DNA of 64,000 bases from Parcubacteria group bacterium RIFCSPLOWO2_01_FULL_48_18 (GCA_001824435.1 MHXH01000017.1:335-64334), one strand, 5' to 3'; shown: positions 8,170-19,873, counted from the first letter of the stretch. The notes: generated by a model from the sequence alone, not told the origin. Program-made: numbers and translations.

Positions 8170-10197
8170 TTAGTGCCCATGCGGTTCCATTGATTCCATA
8201 ACCGCGCTCCCTGCTTCGCCCGGACCTACTTCCACCATAAAACTCGTCAGCACCGACTCTCCTTGGCGGCTGAATTGCGAAAATATCTGGTATATTCCGG
8301 GGAAAGGAAACGTCACGTGCGCTTCTATTTCCGGGCCGAATTTGTCTGAAGCATTCACCGTATGCTTTTCCGCGCGCGTTTGAGGATCGTGAATCTCTCC
8401 ATGCGTATGCAAGAAGTACGAGAGATCCGCGCTGATAATCGCCAAGTGCATCGGCGCGCCTAAATATTCTTCCAAATCAGACACTCCTTTTCCGTCTTTT
8501 TCTATTCTATACCAAATGGATGCGCTTTCTCTGGATCGCAGTCCGGCTGGAGGGGGCCGGAAGAGAACTTGATATCCGCCGAACTCTTTCACGCGCGAGA
8601 GGTCTTTGCGAAAAGTCGGCGTGCCGCGCGCTCCGACATCCACAAAGAATTGTTTGGATACCCCGTGGTTCTCGTGAAGAACATTGACCGAAACAAGATA
8701 GCGCCCTTCTTTAGGAAATGCATAGTTGACAGAAAAGGAGGCCTCGGCAAGCACACGATCGGTAACCAAGCCGAAGTCTTCAGGATGCAGATGCGCAAAC
8801 GTGGAAAAATCTTCATGCACGATAACCGCATGCAAAATGCGCTCGTGTTCGATCTGGAGGTCTTCAAGAGGATTGCCGTCGTCATCTTTGAGGTAGAATG
8901 TAAGCGTTGCTGTCTCTTCGGGGCGCGGAGAAGATGGAGTTTTGAAAAGCAACATCGCGACAGCCGGAACCGACTCTTCTATTTCCGTTTCGAGCGCCTT
9001 GTGAGACAAAAACCAGTGCGGAATCACTTGGATAAACAGAAGTGCGAGCAATACGCTTAATGAAACAGTAAACCACTTTTCAAAACGAAGAATTGCTGCC
9101 TGCGCAGGCCGATCCGCGTCGGGAAGCACGTTAATTTTCTTCTTCTCCCTTTTCCAATGCCACCACATCGGAATTATCCAGAGAGCGACAAGCACCCAAT
9201 TGCCAAGCCAGAGCGGCTGACCGAAAAGACCGGCGCCGGTCGGGGTACCGTGCGTATGAGCCCTTCCGACGTTAAGCCAATTGGCAACAAGGGTCGTAAA
9301 ACGCTCCTCCTGCGTGACTTTTTCCAAGAGAGAATGCTGGCCAGAATACACCCACCAATCATGCGTGAATAATCCCAGTACCAGAATGAATGCCGCGACA
9401 AACACCATGACCCAACCGGTTGCACGCTCAATCTTTTCTTTATGCCTCAAGAGTCCTTGCAGCGCGTTGATCCCCAAAATTCCCAGAAGCGCCAAGAGCA
9501 AAAGCGGTATGATTCTTCCGATGGCATGCACCAAAAAGAGCAGCCAGCCGTAAAATACATCGCCCGAAACCGCTATACGGGTAAGAATTACCGGCGTGGC
9601 CGGATGCGGACACCCCACCCCCACATTGCCCAAAAAAAGGCCGAGAAGAAACGCCTTGATCACGTCGGATTGCTTCTGGATAAACATGGGCGCCGCGCCG
9701 GAAAACGACGGCATACGGAAGCGGACAAGGCCGAGTTCACCCAACGCAAAGACATACGCGAACACACCCGCAACAAGATACAGCCAATTTTTTACTACCT
9801 CAAGCGGAGCGCCAAGCGTACCAATTGCAACCTCTCCCAATACTGCGGCGAGTACGCCGTAGAGGCTCAGCATAACCACAATACCGGCCCCGAATGCAAG
9901 CGCGATGGAAAATCCCTTAACCGGCCCCTTGCCCATCGAAAGCGGCACAATGACAAAAGCCAGGGGCAGCGTGCACGGCAGCACGATCATCGTGAGCCCC
10001 ATCGAAAAACTGAACAGATACCATCCGGCGCCGACCGGATTTTGCGAGCCGAGCGCAAATCCCCATATAAGCCCTCCGCCGATCACAATCAAAAACGCGA
10101 CGGCAACCAGAACCAAGATTGTCCGCGCTTTCTTTTTCTCCGGCAACGCGGCCGCAGAGGCGCTACTTAAAGAATTTGTTTCGTTATTTTCAGCCAT
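8170..10197 (-). CDS. CcdA/DsbD-family transmembrane thiol:disulfide protein fused to two C-terminal H-x-H soluble domains
   Basis: Multi-TM core with Cys motifs (LPCTLPLAF; GCPHPATPV). C-terminal repeats FAHLHPEDFG and FLHTHGEIH. Confidence 0.5.
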   Translation of the reverse strand: MAENNETNSLSSASAAALPEKKKARTILVLVAVAFLIVIGGGLIWGFALGSQNPVGAGWYLFSFSMGLTMIVLPCTLPLAFVIVPLSMGKGPVKGFSIALAFGAGIVVMLSLYGVLAAVLGEVAIGTLGAPLEVVKNWLYLVAGVFAYVFALGELGLVRFRMPSFSGAAPMFIQKQSDVIKAFLLGLFLGNVGVGCPHPATPVILTRIAVSGDVFYGWLLFLVHAIGRIIPLLLLALLGILGINALQGLLRHKEKIERATGWVMVFVAAFILVLGLFTHDWWVYSGQHSLLEKVTQEERFTTLVANWLNVGRAHTHGTPTGAGLFGQPLWLGNWVLVALWIIPMWWHWKREKKKINVLPDADRPAQAAILRFEKWFTVSLSVLLALLFIQVIPHWFLSHKALETEIEESVPAVAMLLFKTPSSPRPEETATLTFYLKDDDGNPLEDLQIEHERILHAVIVHEDFSTFAHLHPEDFGLVTDRVLAEASFSVNYAFPKEGRYLVSVNVLHENHGVSKQFFVDVGARGTPTFRKDLSRVKEFGGYQVLFRPPPAGLRSRESASIWYRIEKDGKGVSDLEEYLGAPMHLAIISADLSYFLHTHGEIHDPQTRAEKHTVNASDKFGPEIEAHVTFPFPGIYQIFSQFSRQGESVLTSFMVEVGPGEAGSAVMESMEPHGH

Positions 10198-10289
10198 AAC
10201 TTATATTATAGCAAACAAATAAAAAAGAGGCAGCGGTTCAAGTGCTGCCTCGTGCATAATCACTTCCGGCGCTCCAAGCGGATGCGCTG

Positions 10290-12194
10290 TTAATAGTCAG
10301 CCTTCAATCCTAGCTCGTCTACTATAGAAATAATATCTTCCTTCAGCCAACTATCGTATCTTCCTTTTAGGAAGGATTCTGCAACCTGCCGTTCCGCAGC
10401 ATCATTATTCCGGGCAACGGCTCGGAACAGATTTTGCACGCGAATGCGCGCTTCGCGGCAATAAAAATCCGCGAGAGAAAAAAACCGGTCATCGCGCTGG
10501 CTGGCAGACAAATAGCTGGCATAAGCGCAGGCCGCACTCATCGCAAAAAGCTCCGCGACAATCCAGAACCACCGATTAAACAGCAACTGCTTGTGCACGA
10601 GCCTGTTCTGGTATCTGGCGGAATTCAGAATAATCGAACGCGCCAGCTTACGGCTATACCGCTCCGCAAAACGAGCGTGGCGCCGAAGCGAAGGATGCAC
10701 TGCGCGTCGCAGTTGGCTCCCGCCGAACGCAGGGAAAAACGTACGCGCAACGTCTGCGACAAACGCGAGCGAGGCGATGAATTTCTTTCCAAGATTGCCG
10801 CGGGAAAAAAGCACTTCACCGCGCGCCTTGTATTCGTCCACCCCTTCACGAATGACGTATCCGGCGCTCAAAATCTCGGAAGATCCTTCAAATATTCGAT
10901 TCGGACGGAAACTGCGATGGTATCGTTCCACCGGAATCGGCGGATCGCCGCGCCTGGCAAGCGAACGGGCAGTTTCGTATCCCCTGCCCCCACGAGCCTG
11001 CATCGTATTGTCCACAACTCGCCACCCGCGCTCAGAAGCAAACACTTTACAAACAGCTGCTTCAAGCCGCGCATCTAAATCACGGTCAACGCGGCCGGAC
11101 GCAAACTTTATCATCGCCTCCATCGCAAACGCATCGGCCAGATCGGACGCGAACATTCCGCTTCCAATAAGCTCATGCTTTCCTATTTTTTTTCCCCACT
11201 GCTTGCGCGCGCATCCCCACCAACGATCGATCAGCAGACATTGCTTCACGATCGCGAGACATGCGCCGGCCACGGTGATGCGGCCGGTATTGAGCGCCTC
11301 GAGCGCAATGCGAAAACCGGTACCCTCTTGCTCCCCGATGAGCTGGCTTTTGGAAACATAGACGTCCTTGAATTCCGTAACGCCGTTATACATTCCTCGC
11401 AGTCCCTCAAACTGGCAACGCTGCACCACTCGTACGCCCTCGGCATCCGTGGAAACAACGAATGCGGAAAAAACCGGTTTCTTGGACTCATCCGACAACT
11501 CTTCCGGCTTATCAACGGTCTTCGCAATAACGCAGAGAAGCGGAGACAAAAATCTGCGATCGTCTTTGGGGCCGTTCGTAGTCCACAATTTTTCTCCATT
11601 CAGGCGATAACCGATCACCTCTCCCGAGGCGCTTCGGACACGCAATGCATACATCCCCATGCTTGCCGGATCAGAACCGGCTTCTTTTTCAGTAAACGCG
11701 AAGCCCGAAGGAACCCTCGACACCACGGGCAAATATCTTTGCTTTTGTTCCAATGTGCCGCAGTGCTTGATCGGGCCGCCGACACCGATGGTATTAGCCG
11801 CAGACAAGGACGCAGCAGTGCCTCCGCACCACGATGCCACAAGACTCATTACCTTCACATAGCTCGTCTGCGACAATTGCAGACCGCCATATTCCTCGGG
11901 CAGCTTCAGCCCGAAAAAGCCAAACCGGCAAAGCTGTTCCAGCGCCTCTCCGGGCACTTCATCGGTCCTGTCCACTTCTTCGGGGTCAATGCAAGTACGC
12001 AGGAGGCCCTTAAACTCTTGAGCGATGCGCTCGGCTTTATCCTGCTCTTCATGAGATGATTCGTGCCATGGCGTCAAAAGGCTAAAAGACGCCTTCCCGC
12101 GAAATAAATCCGCAACAAACCCTTCGTGCCGACGCCTATCGCGCTCGGCTTCAGCGATTTGAACACCCTTTCCCAGCTTCTTTATCAGGTCCAT
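10290..12194 (-). CDS. acyl-CoA dehydrogenase family protein with long C-terminal extension
   Basis: FTEKEAGSDPASM, LNGEKLWTTNG, ERGWRVVDNTMQARGGRGYE are typical ACAD segments. Confidence 0.7.
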   Translation of the reverse strand: MDLIKKLGKGVQIAEAERDRRRHEGFVADLFRGKASFSLLTPWHESSHEEQDKAERIAQEFKGLLRTCIDPEEVDRTDEVPGEALEQLCRFGFFGLKLPEEYGGLQLSQTSYVKVMSLVASWCGGTAASLSAANTIGVGGPIKHCGTLEQKQRYLPVVSRVPSGFAFTEKEAGSDPASMGMYALRVRSASGEVIGYRLNGEKLWTTNGPKDDRRFLSPLLCVIAKTVDKPEELSDESKKPVFSAFVVSTDAEGVRVVQRCQFEGLRGMYNGVTEFKDVYVSKSQLIGEQEGTGFRIALEALNTGRITVAGACLAIVKQCLLIDRWWGCARKQWGKKIGKHELIGSGMFASDLADAFAMEAMIKFASGRVDRDLDARLEAAVCKVFASERGWRVVDNTMQARGGRGYETARSLARRGDPPIPVERYHRSFRPNRIFEGSSEILSAGYVIREGVDEYKARGEVLFSRGNLGKKFIASLAFVADVARTFFPAFGGSQLRRAVHPSLRRHARFAERYSRKLARSIILNSARYQNRLVHKQLLFNRWFWIVAELFAMSAACAYASYLSASQRDDRFFSLADFYCREARIRVQNLFRAVARNNDAAERQVAESFLKGRYDSWLKEDIISIVDELGLKADY

Positions 12195-12369
12195 GTACCG
12201 CGTCTCCCATTGGAAGGAGTTTTCAAAGAAGAAACCATTTCTATATTCACACGGACAGCGCGGGAAAGTCAATATATTGTATAATGCAACCCCTTGTCAA
12301 TGGATAAATCTCATGCTACCATACTACCAGCTCATCACATCTTGCCGTTGTACGAAGGAGACAAAAACC

Positions 12370-13254
12370 ATGTCAGGCAAAGTCGTGTTTCTACCACAAG
12401 ACGAAACGTGTATTCCTGCCCTCATCGACAGGCCGGAACGGATAAAGGCGCTGCTGATTTCAACCGCCCATCTGCCTACCGGACAACAGTGGGAAGACCA
12501 TAAACCAATTCAGCCGCTCGAAGAGGAAACTGTTTTTTTAAGCCGGCTCCAAAACGCCCGTAACATAACAGCTGAAAGCCTCAGGTGTTTCAAAAAGCCG
12601 TATTGGCTCGATCGCATCGCCGAGCCCTATCTTAGCGTCTTTGCCGGCGGATTCTATTCTTTCATTATTCTTTCAATCTTAGGAAGACTCATACCAAGTA
12701 TTTCCTTATATGATACAAGGCTTGGTCTGGTTTGTTTTTTGGCGAGCGCCCTTATCGGGGCAGGAGTTTTTCAATATCTCTTTAGAAGAAAAAGAAAGAT
12801 TGACATTGAAAGCACAGTTAAACAGCTTAAATTCATCGACGCCCAAGTCCATCCGGACACGCTCGAAGCAATTAATACACGCATCGTACGGCACAATGAG
12901 GCGGTCAAGCTCCTGTGGCGCGTAGCCGCATGGACTGCTGCCAAACAACGAAGCGGGGAAGAAGTTCCTCTTACCGTATCCCGCTATATCGAAGAGCGCT
13001 CACGCGAGCTGGAAGATCGAAGGGGACACCTCATTAAAAATGCAATCGCTATTGCTCGCATCTCCACAGATATTACCGAGGAACTGAACCAGCTACCGCC
13101 CGCCACAGATGAATTGGTCCAAGCTCTCTTTAGCGATGACCTGGAACTGGAACAGATAATAAAAGCGAATATCGAGGCCCACGCGGAGGTGGATCGCCTG
13201 CTTGAAGAAAAAGGACCGTTCTCCCAAATGCCATCACAAATCACTCCTTCATAA
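12370..13254 (+). CDS. hypothetical membrane protein (294 aa)
   Basis: Start at MSGKVVF after an AAGGAG RBS. Upstream TGTATAAT extended -10. Two TM helices then a coiled-coil tail. Confidence 0.5.
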   Translation: MSGKVVFLPQDETCIPALIDRPERIKALLISTAHLPTGQQWEDHKPIQPLEEETVFLSRLQNARNITAESLRCFKKPYWLDRIAEPYLSVFAGGFYSFIILSILGRLIPSISLYDTRLGLVCFLASALIGAGVFQYLFRRKRKIDIESTVKQLKFIDAQVHPDTLEAINTRIVRHNEAVKLLWRVAAWTAAKQRSGEEVPLTVSRYIEERSRELEDRRGHLIKNAIAIARISTDITEELNQLPPATDELVQALFSDDLELEQIIKANIEAHAEVDRLLEEKGPFSQMPSQITPS

Positions 13255-13307
13255 AAAAATAAATCTCTGCGCGCGCGTCGCGGGGATTTTCGTTTTAGCG
13301 ACGGTCA

Positions 13308-15428
13308 TCATCTCTTCTTCCCTTCTATAATCAACTGCGCGATGCTCTGCGGCACCTCCTCGTAATGATCAAACTCCATTGTAAAACTGGCTCGCCCTTC
13401 GGTAAGAGACCTCAAGGTCGTCGCGTAACCGAACATTTCAGACAGCGGCACTTTCACGTTGATGACTTTTACGTCCGGCGGCCGATCATCCATGGATTCG
13501 ATTCTGCCGCGCTTTGAGCTCAAGTCTCCTGTCGCATCTCCCAAAAACTGCTGCGGGGTAATCACTTGCACCCTCATGATGGGCTCAAGCAATACCGGAT
13601 GCGCCATTCTGACCGCTTCTTGAAATGCCATTGAACCGGCGATTTTGAACGCAAACTCCGAAGAGTCGACTTCATGAAACGAACCGTCATAGAGCGCAAC
13701 CGCAACATCAACCACAGGATATCCGGCTACAATACCTTTATCGATCGCTTCTTTCACTCCTTTTTCGACTGCTGGAATATATTCTTGCGGAATAATGCCG
13801 CCTTTAATCTCGTCGATAAACTCAAAGCCGCTTCCGCGCTCTCTCGGTTCAACCCGGATTCGCACATGGCCGTACTGTCCCCGGCCGCCCGACTGCCGGA
13901 TATACTTCCCTTCTGACTCTGCGGTTTTAAGAATCGTTTCTTTGTACGCCACTTGCGGCCGCCCCACATTTGCTTCTACCTTAAATTCGCGCTTCATCCG
14001 ATCTACGATAATTTCAAGATGCAGCTCTCCCATGCCAGAAATAATCATCTCGCCGGTTTCTTGATCCGCGCCCATACGGAATGTCGGGTCCTCTTCGGAT
14101 AACCTTCGCAGGGCCAAACTCATTTTTTCCTGATCCGCCTTTGTTTTCGGTTCGATACGCACGGAGATAACCGGTTCGGGGAATATAATTTTTTCAAGAA
14201 TGATCGGATGCTCCGGATCGCAGAGCGTATCGCCCGTCGAAGTGTTTTTAAGGCCAACGATGGCGCCGATGTTTCCCGTTTGAATTTCGTCAAGCTCCTC
14301 CCTGTGATTCGCGTGCATGCGCAAGATGCGCCCCACCCGCTCTTGGCTGTTCTTTGACGAGTTGAAAATATACGTTCCTTTTTTCAAGACGCCCGCATAC
14401 ACCCGAAAATACGTAAGAGATCCGACAAAGGGATCGGTTGCGATTTTAAACGCCAAGGCGGAAAACGGTTCTCCGTCATCTGCCCTGCGCTCGAGTTCGG
14501 CATTGGTTTTTGGATCAAAGCCTTTCACCGGCGGCAAGTCCAACGGCGAAGGCAAATAATCAATGACGGCGTCAAGCGCGAGCTGAACTCCTTTATTCTT
14601 CAGGGCAGATCCGCACAGTACCGGTACCAGCTTATTTTCAAGCGTTGCCTTCCGCAGAATTCCTCGGAGCCGCTCCTCGCTTACTTCTTTCCCCTCAAAA
14701 TAATCCGACATCGCCGCATCGTCATGTTCCACAATCTTCTCAACCAATGACCGGCGGCACCCTTCTGCTGCCGATTTTAGGTTATCGGAAACCTCGGAAA
14801 CGACAATCGTATTTCCCTGATCGCCTTCGAATCGAATCGCCTTCATCCGCAGCAAATCAACAACGCCCTCGAATGAACTCTCGATGCCTATAGGAATTTG
14901 CACCAGAACCGCATTCGGGGTCAATCGCTCAAGGATAGAACGAAAGCTTTTTTCAAAGCTCGCGCCCATACGGTCAAGTTTATTGATAAAACAGACGCGC
15001 GGCACCTTGTAATCGTCCGCATAGTGCCAATTGGTTTCAGACTGCGGTTCAACTCCGGCAACACCGTCAAACACCACCACTGCTCCGTCAAGGACGCGAA
15101 GCGATCTTTTCACCTCAACCGTAAAATCGATGTGCCCCGGCGTATCAATAATATTGATGCGGTGTTCGTTTTCTGTTTTTGCCCCTTCGGGGTCTGAAAG
15201 ATAGCTCCTGCACCAAAAACACGTGGTGGCTGCCGCCGTAATCGTAATACCGCGCTCGCGTTCCTGCTCCATCCAATCCATGACCGTATCCCCCTCATGC
15301 ACCTCGCCGATCTTATGCGAAACGCCGGTATAAAAAAGTACCCGCTCAGTGACGGTTGTTTTACCCGCATCGATATGCGCGATGATTCCAATGTTCCGAG
15401 TCCTTTCTAAAGGATATTCCCTAGCCAT
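13308..15428 (-). CDS. fusA: elongation factor G
   Basis: [26 protein letters not shown]. Confidence 0.95.
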   Translation of the reverse strand: MAREYPLERTRNIGIIAHIDAGKTTVTERVLFYTGVSHKIGEVHEGDTVMDWMEQERERGITITAAATTCFWCRSYLSDPEGAKTENEHRINIIDTPGHIDFTVEVKRSLRVLDGAVVVFDGVAGVEPQSETNWHYADDYKVPRVCFINKLDRMGASFEKSFRSILERLTPNAVLVQIPIGIESSFEGVVDLLRMKAIRFEGDQGNTIVVSEVSDNLKSAAEGCRRSLVEKIVEHDDAAMSDYFEGKEVSEERLRGILRKATLENKLVPVLCGSALKNKGVQLALDAVIDYLPSPLDLPPVKGFDPKTNAELERRADDGEPFSALAFKIATDPFVGSLTYFRVYAGVLKKGTYIFNSSKNSQERVGRILRMHANHREELDEIQTGNIGAIVGLKNTSTGDTLCDPEHPIILEKIIFPEPVISVRIEPKTKADQEKMSLALRRLSEEDPTFRMGADQETGEMIISGMGELHLEIIVDRMKREFKVEANVGRPQVAYKETILKTAESEGKYIRQSGGRGQYGHVRIRVEPRERGSGFEFIDEIKGGIIPQEYIPAVEKGVKEAIDKGIVAGYPVVDVAVALYDGSFHEVDSSEFAFKIAGSMAFQEAVRMAHPVLLEPIMRVQVITPQQFLGDATGDLSSKRGRIESMDDRPPDVKVINVKVPLSEMFGYATTLRSLTEGRASFTMEFDHYEEVPQSIAQLIIEGKKR

Positions 15429-15431
15429 GAT

Positions 15432-15632
15432 TTACTTAGGGCTTTTCCACAAATAACTCCCCCCATCTCGCTTCCATCTTCATCCCATCTTCGGCTTTTC
15501 CTCAATCGCAGAATCTTCACCGTAGCTCTGCTACGCCTCAGATTCCGCTCAATCGGAAAAACCGAATCTGGGACAAATCTGAAACCGAATCTGAGGAATT
15601 TATTTGTGGAAAAGCCCTTACTCATCATAAAC
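15432..15632. mobile_element. MITE-like element with ~22-bp terminal inverted repeats and internal GAATCTG heptamer arrays
   Basis: ttagggcttttccacaaataa at 15437-15457 pairs with ttatttgtggaaaagccctta at 15601-15621. Interior has cagattc ... gaatctg x3. Confidence 0.5.
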
Positions 15633-15707
15633 ACAAAAACATCCCAGTGGATGCTCCTGTCCTAATACATAAATGTAATTATCTCCCAAATCCTATTTCA
15701 TTTCAAG

Positions 15708-15730
15708 CCCGCGTACGCGCGGGATTTTTG
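15708..15730 (+). terminator. Perfect GC palindrome plus T-tract (cccgcgtacgcgcggg attttt)
   Basis: Plus-strand hairpin/T-tract geometry with no annotated plus-strand gene upstream. May end a small RNA or be a structural element. Confidence 0.35.
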
Positions 15731-15847
15731 ATTCAATAGCCCGATTTCTGTCTAATTACCTGCTTCGTCCAAAAATTTTTCCGCTTCCTCGACTACGGTC
15801 TGATACTCCCGCCACTCGGCACTTCCCTCAACGTGTTCACGCTGCAA

Positions 15848-16744
15848 TTATTTATGCATTTTCAAATTCTTACGCACACTCGATAACTCCTTCTTGCGCT
15901 TTCGTTCCTCTAGCCTGACGCGTAACCCATTCAAAAACTCTTGAGCATAAGCGGCAAGCAACTCGTCTTCTGATCGGGCGCCCCCCGTTTGACCTACAGT
16001 GCTTTGTGACGCAGAATCCTTTGTTTTTTTATAATCGGGAAGGAACTGTGCCAGGGCCCGAGCCTCGTCGCATACGGTCCGGAGCGGATCGAGTTCCCGC
16101 TTGACCGCTCCAAGCTGCTGCTGCAATGCCGACGGCGGCTCTTTTAACAAATGCTTTGGCACCCTAGTTTCCTGCGCCTTACGCAATTGCTCTTTCAAGT
16201 CTTCCCGCTTCGCCTCAAGCTCCCGCACCCGCTTTACGGCTTCCTTAAACTTGTCCAACGGGGCGAAAAACTCATTGAGGATGACTTGGGGATCGAAAAA
16301 GGGATTCTGGGACCGGGAAACTTCGCTCCGCCTGAATTCCTTTAGCCTCCGATTTCTTTCTTCGGCCGCAAAACGCTCGATGATCTGATACAAAATTGCG
16401 TTTCGGGACATATCGCTATTCGCACGGCCGAAAGAATCAACCATGCTCTGTATTTTGGAGTGAGGGTTTTTGATGTTTTCAGGCCTTACGTTGCGTCCCA
16501 TATCCTGCTTTAGCGATCGCACATAATCTGACTGGTGCCAACTAGAAACCTCGCCTTCGGTAAGTCGTTCCAGGCCGTTTGTAAAGTTGGAAAGCATGCG
16601 GTTTAAAAACGCCTCGGACTCCAAATACCGCGACATTGCCGCAGCCTCCGGGGTCATTTCTCGTCCAACCTCTTCCGGCGCCGGAAACTGCTCTGCAGCG
16701 CCCTCTAAAAACTGCTCATTGTTTAGACTAGATTCGTCTTTCAT
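15848..16744 (-). CDS. hypothetical protein (298 aa, coiled-coil rich)
   Basis: ORF track; no family recognised. Confidence 0.45.
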   Translation of the reverse strand: MKDESSLNNEQFLEGAAEQFPAPEEVGREMTPEAAAMSRYLESEAFLNRMLSNFTNGLERLTEGEVSSWHQSDYVRSLKQDMGRNVRPENIKNPHSKIQSMVDSFGRANSDMSRNAILYQIIERFAAEERNRRLKEFRRSEVSRSQNPFFDPQVILNEFFAPLDKFKEAVKRVRELEAKREDLKEQLRKAQETRVPKHLLKEPPSALQQQLGAVKRELDPLRTVCDEARALAQFLPDYKKTKDSASQSTVGQTGGARSEDELLAAYAQEFLNGLRVRLEERKRKKELSSVRKNLKMHK

Positions 16745-16759
16745 GCTTTTTCAATTAAT

Positions 16760-17602
16760 TCAACCGCGGCCCCTGTCCTTCATTTTCTTTTCCGGTTTCG
16801 GTTTCTGATTCGGATCGAATTCCCTTGCCCAATATTTTCCTTCTGGATCTCCCGTAGCTTCTATATCTGCCATAAGCTCTTTAAGCCGTTCTCCTCCTTC
16901 GCGCACAAGCCGCTCATCTTCTTCGCGCAACTGCTTCTTATCGGGCGTAAGTTCAAACTGGCTCACATCGCGAAGCAATTCTTCGGTCCGCGCATCTAAA
17001 ATGTCTGGGAATTTACTACTCTTCGGCCTCGTGGATTCTCCTGTTAATTCATTCATTTGGGTATATCTACTTTTCATTTGGTCATATCTAAATGGCCGGC
17101 GCTTCTTAATATCAATCCCTCCTTTTGCCATTGTGCGCAATGAATCGATGTACGCATACGAGAGCGCCGTTGAAGGGCGTAACATATCCTCGCCAACACC
17201 TGCTGTTATCAAATAATCCCTCAAGTGCACTACCGCCTCCACAATGTCACGCCTTATTACAAATTGCTGTATGGCGTCCAATTTCGTCCTGTCAAATTGC
17301 ATCGGTTCTTTTCCGCCCTCGCCGCGGCTTAACTGATCCATCAACCCACGCAACCCGAGCCAGAGTTGCACGTCAATCGTATTATCCGCTTCTTTCCATT
17401 GTAAAATCTGTTCCTTTGTCCAAAAATTTTGTCCTCGCTCAGGAGAACGATCAAGCACCCGAAAAAATGCCCGCACTTCAGGAGGAATCTCCGGCTCGGC
17501 CTCATGAGATTCTTTTTTCGATTGTTCAAATTCGTTTGCCAAATGTATGACCTTAGCTACCCCAAACTTTTTCCACGGCTCTTTCCGCAAGCAAAAACGC
17601 AT
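16760..17602 (-). CDS. hypothetical protein (280 aa)
   Basis: ORF track; overlaps the upstream gene by ~50 nt. Confidence 0.45.
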   Translation of the reverse strand: MRFCLRKEPWKKFGVAKVIHLANEFEQSKKESHEAEPEIPPEVRAFFRVLDRSPERGQNFWTKEQILQWKEADNTIDVQLWLGLRGLMDQLSRGEGGKEPMQFDRTKLDAIQQFVIRRDIVEAVVHLRDYLITAGVGEDMLRPSTALSYAYIDSLRTMAKGGIDIKKRRPFRYDQMKSRYTQMNELTGESTRPKSSKFPDILDARTEELLRDVSQFELTPDKKQLREEDERLVREGGERLKELMADIEATGDPEGKYWAREFDPNQKPKPEKKMKDRGRG

Positions 17603-18308
17603 CCTCCCTCGTCTTGTTTATTTGCTGCTGGATAACCGCCCTCTCTTTACCGCTAAGGGAGGTTTTCTTCTCCAGGCCGGTAAGGCCTTCTCCAGTTACT
17701 TTTCTCAGCACGCCCGCAAGTTCTGCCGACATCAAATCGAGTTGCGGAATATCTTCATTGCCGTCAAAGGCTACAACTACATTATGCCTATGGTCTTGGC
17801 TGTGCTCATTAACTGCTTTAAAAAGCTTCGCCCAGGAAAGCCGTGAAACGGGAACGGCCAAGTCAGCTATCACCTTATTTTCTTCGAGAAAGCGCAACAA
17901 ACCTTTTACGGTTTCAGCGCTCCCGGCATATTCGCTTACCAAAAGCGTTCTCCGGCGCGAAGCATCCAGTTTATCAAGATAATCTCTCGCCTCTTCCAAA
18001 AATTCCGGAGACGGTTTCTTGTAAGGTTTTTTCGGCTGTTTGGAAAAACTAAAACCGGGGATAAACACTAATTTCGGCGCGCGGCCCCTGCGAAGCTCCA
18101 TAACACGGTGCAGCGCCAACGAAGGAATGCGACCGCCAATATCATCGCTGACCAAAAGAGAATAGACGCCATCATCGATCTCCCTTTTAAGCATATCAAC
18201 CAGCTTGAGAAAAAACTTCTCGTACTCTCTGATCGCTTCAAGAGAATACTCTCTTCGTGACGACTCTGCGGCTAAAAAATGTTCTGTGCTCTTACCCTCC
18301 TGTTTCAT
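17553..18308 (-). CDS. hypothetical protein (252 aa)
   Basis: Start at MKQEGKST (18306-18308). Confidence 0.45.
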   Translation of the reverse strand: MKQEGKSTEHFLAAESSRREYSLEAIREYEKFFLKLVDMLKREIDDGVYSLLVSDDIGGRIPSLALHRVMELRRGRAPKLVFIPGFSFSKQPKKPYKKPSPEFLEEARDYLDKLDASRRRTLLVSEYAGSAETVKGLLRFLEENKVIADLAVPVSRLSWAKLFKAVNEHSQDHRHNVVVAFDGNEDIPQLDLMSAELAGVLRKVTGEGLTGLEKKTSLSGKERAVIQQQINKTREDAFLLAERAVEKVWGS

Positions 18309-18419
18309 AATGCTTCTTCCATAACTGCTTTTTCTTGCAAAGCGCGGCAGGAATGAAATTACCAAGAAAAATGTGCAACCCCTCGATGCCGCTCGGGGTG
18401 CTCCGTTTCGCAGCCGTAA

Positions 18420-18545
18420 AATCTTCTCCCTCGACAAGCTCGGGATCGAAATTACCAGGCGAAGTGCGCTTATCCATTCGCTCCGCTCAGGATGCTGCAT
18501 TTCGCAGCTGGAAAATCTTCGCCTACGGCTTGATTTTACCAGGCG
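18420..18545. repeat. Tandem duplication of a ~80-bp unit (tttcgcagc.g.aaaatcttc...taccaggcgaagtgcgc)
   Basis: Two direct copies downstream of rpsG. Confidence 0.5.
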
Positions 18546-19003
18546 AAGTGCGCAAATGCCCTATTTGCTTCGGCCATGCGGTGCGTATCCAGCTTCTTTT
18601 TGATGGCGACGCCTTCGTTTTTGGATGCGGCAATTATTTCTTCGGCCAGTTTTTCCGCCATCGGCCTCCCTTTCTTGCTTCGCGCGGCCAAAAGAATCCA
18701 GCGGCATGCAAGCATAAATTTCCGGTCACCGCGCACCTCGCGGGGCACCTGGTAATTGGCGCCTCCCACGCGGCGGGAAACAACCTCAAGGACGGGCGAG
18801 GCATTCGCGATGGCCTTATCAAACACCGCGAGCGGCTCTTCATTCGTTTTTTGTTTCACGAGATTCATCGTCCGGTACATCACCCGTTCGGCAACCGATT
18901 TTTCTCCTTTCCGCATCAAATAATTCACGAACCGTGTCATCGCAACGCTGTTGTAGGCCAAATCCGGCTGAAAATCTCTTTTATAATTTTTCTTTTTTCT
19001 CAT
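18536..19003 (-). CDS. rpsG: 30S ribosomal protein S7
   Basis: FVNYLMRKGEKSVAERVMY ... NYQVP ... AHFAW. Confidence 0.9.
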   Translation of the reverse strand: MRKKKNYKRDFQPDLAYNSVAMTRFVNYLMRKGEKSVAERVMYRTMNLVKQKTNEEPLAVFDKAIANASPVLEVVSRRVGGANYQVPREVRGDRKFMLACRWILLAARSKKGRPMAEKLAEEIIAASKNEGVAIKKKLDTHRMAEANRAFAHFAW

Positions 19004-19129
19004 GTGCCAAATTTGTCTAAATTTTTGAGCTCAATTGTAGCGATAAAAATTTAGCTACAAATTTGAGCATCCTGAGCGAAGCGAAGGATTATTTATGGTT
19101 CGCTCCGCTCACTATTTTGTAACAAAACC

Positions 19130-19260
19130 CTTCTATCCCTCGCTACGCTCGGGTCTTCGACCCTGAGAGTCTCCCGTTCAGGGTCTGAGACCCCTCAGGT
19201 CGTTCTGACTCTGAGAGTCATTAGACTCGATGAGGTCGAACGACAGACTCGAAGAGATAA
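19130..19260. repeat. GC-rich dispersed repeat (R1-related) in the rpsL-rpsG spacer
   Basis: ctgagagtc/ctcagg/ctcgaagag words, as in the other R1 copies. Confidence 0.55.
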
Positions 19261-19317
19261 AGGTTTGGCAGCTTTGAAAATTCTTAGCCTACGACTCGAA
19301 TTTTCAGGCCAAGCCCT

Positions 19318-19725
<408 letters not shown>

Positions 19726-19873
19726 TTGTGCTTTCTACTGCAGTCTTACAACTTTAATCTAAATAGTACATGAGAAACCCGGCAATCGTCAAGGAACGTG
19801 GCGATGAGCGAGATCGCCCCGGACGGCTGCCCACATTGCATCTTGCAAAAATAGTCGTATAATAAAATGCATT

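Noticed and set aside
8030-8170. Possible CRISPR array
   Set aside because: Repeat period is 8 bp with no unique spacers and no cas genes. It is a microsatellite-like tandem array.
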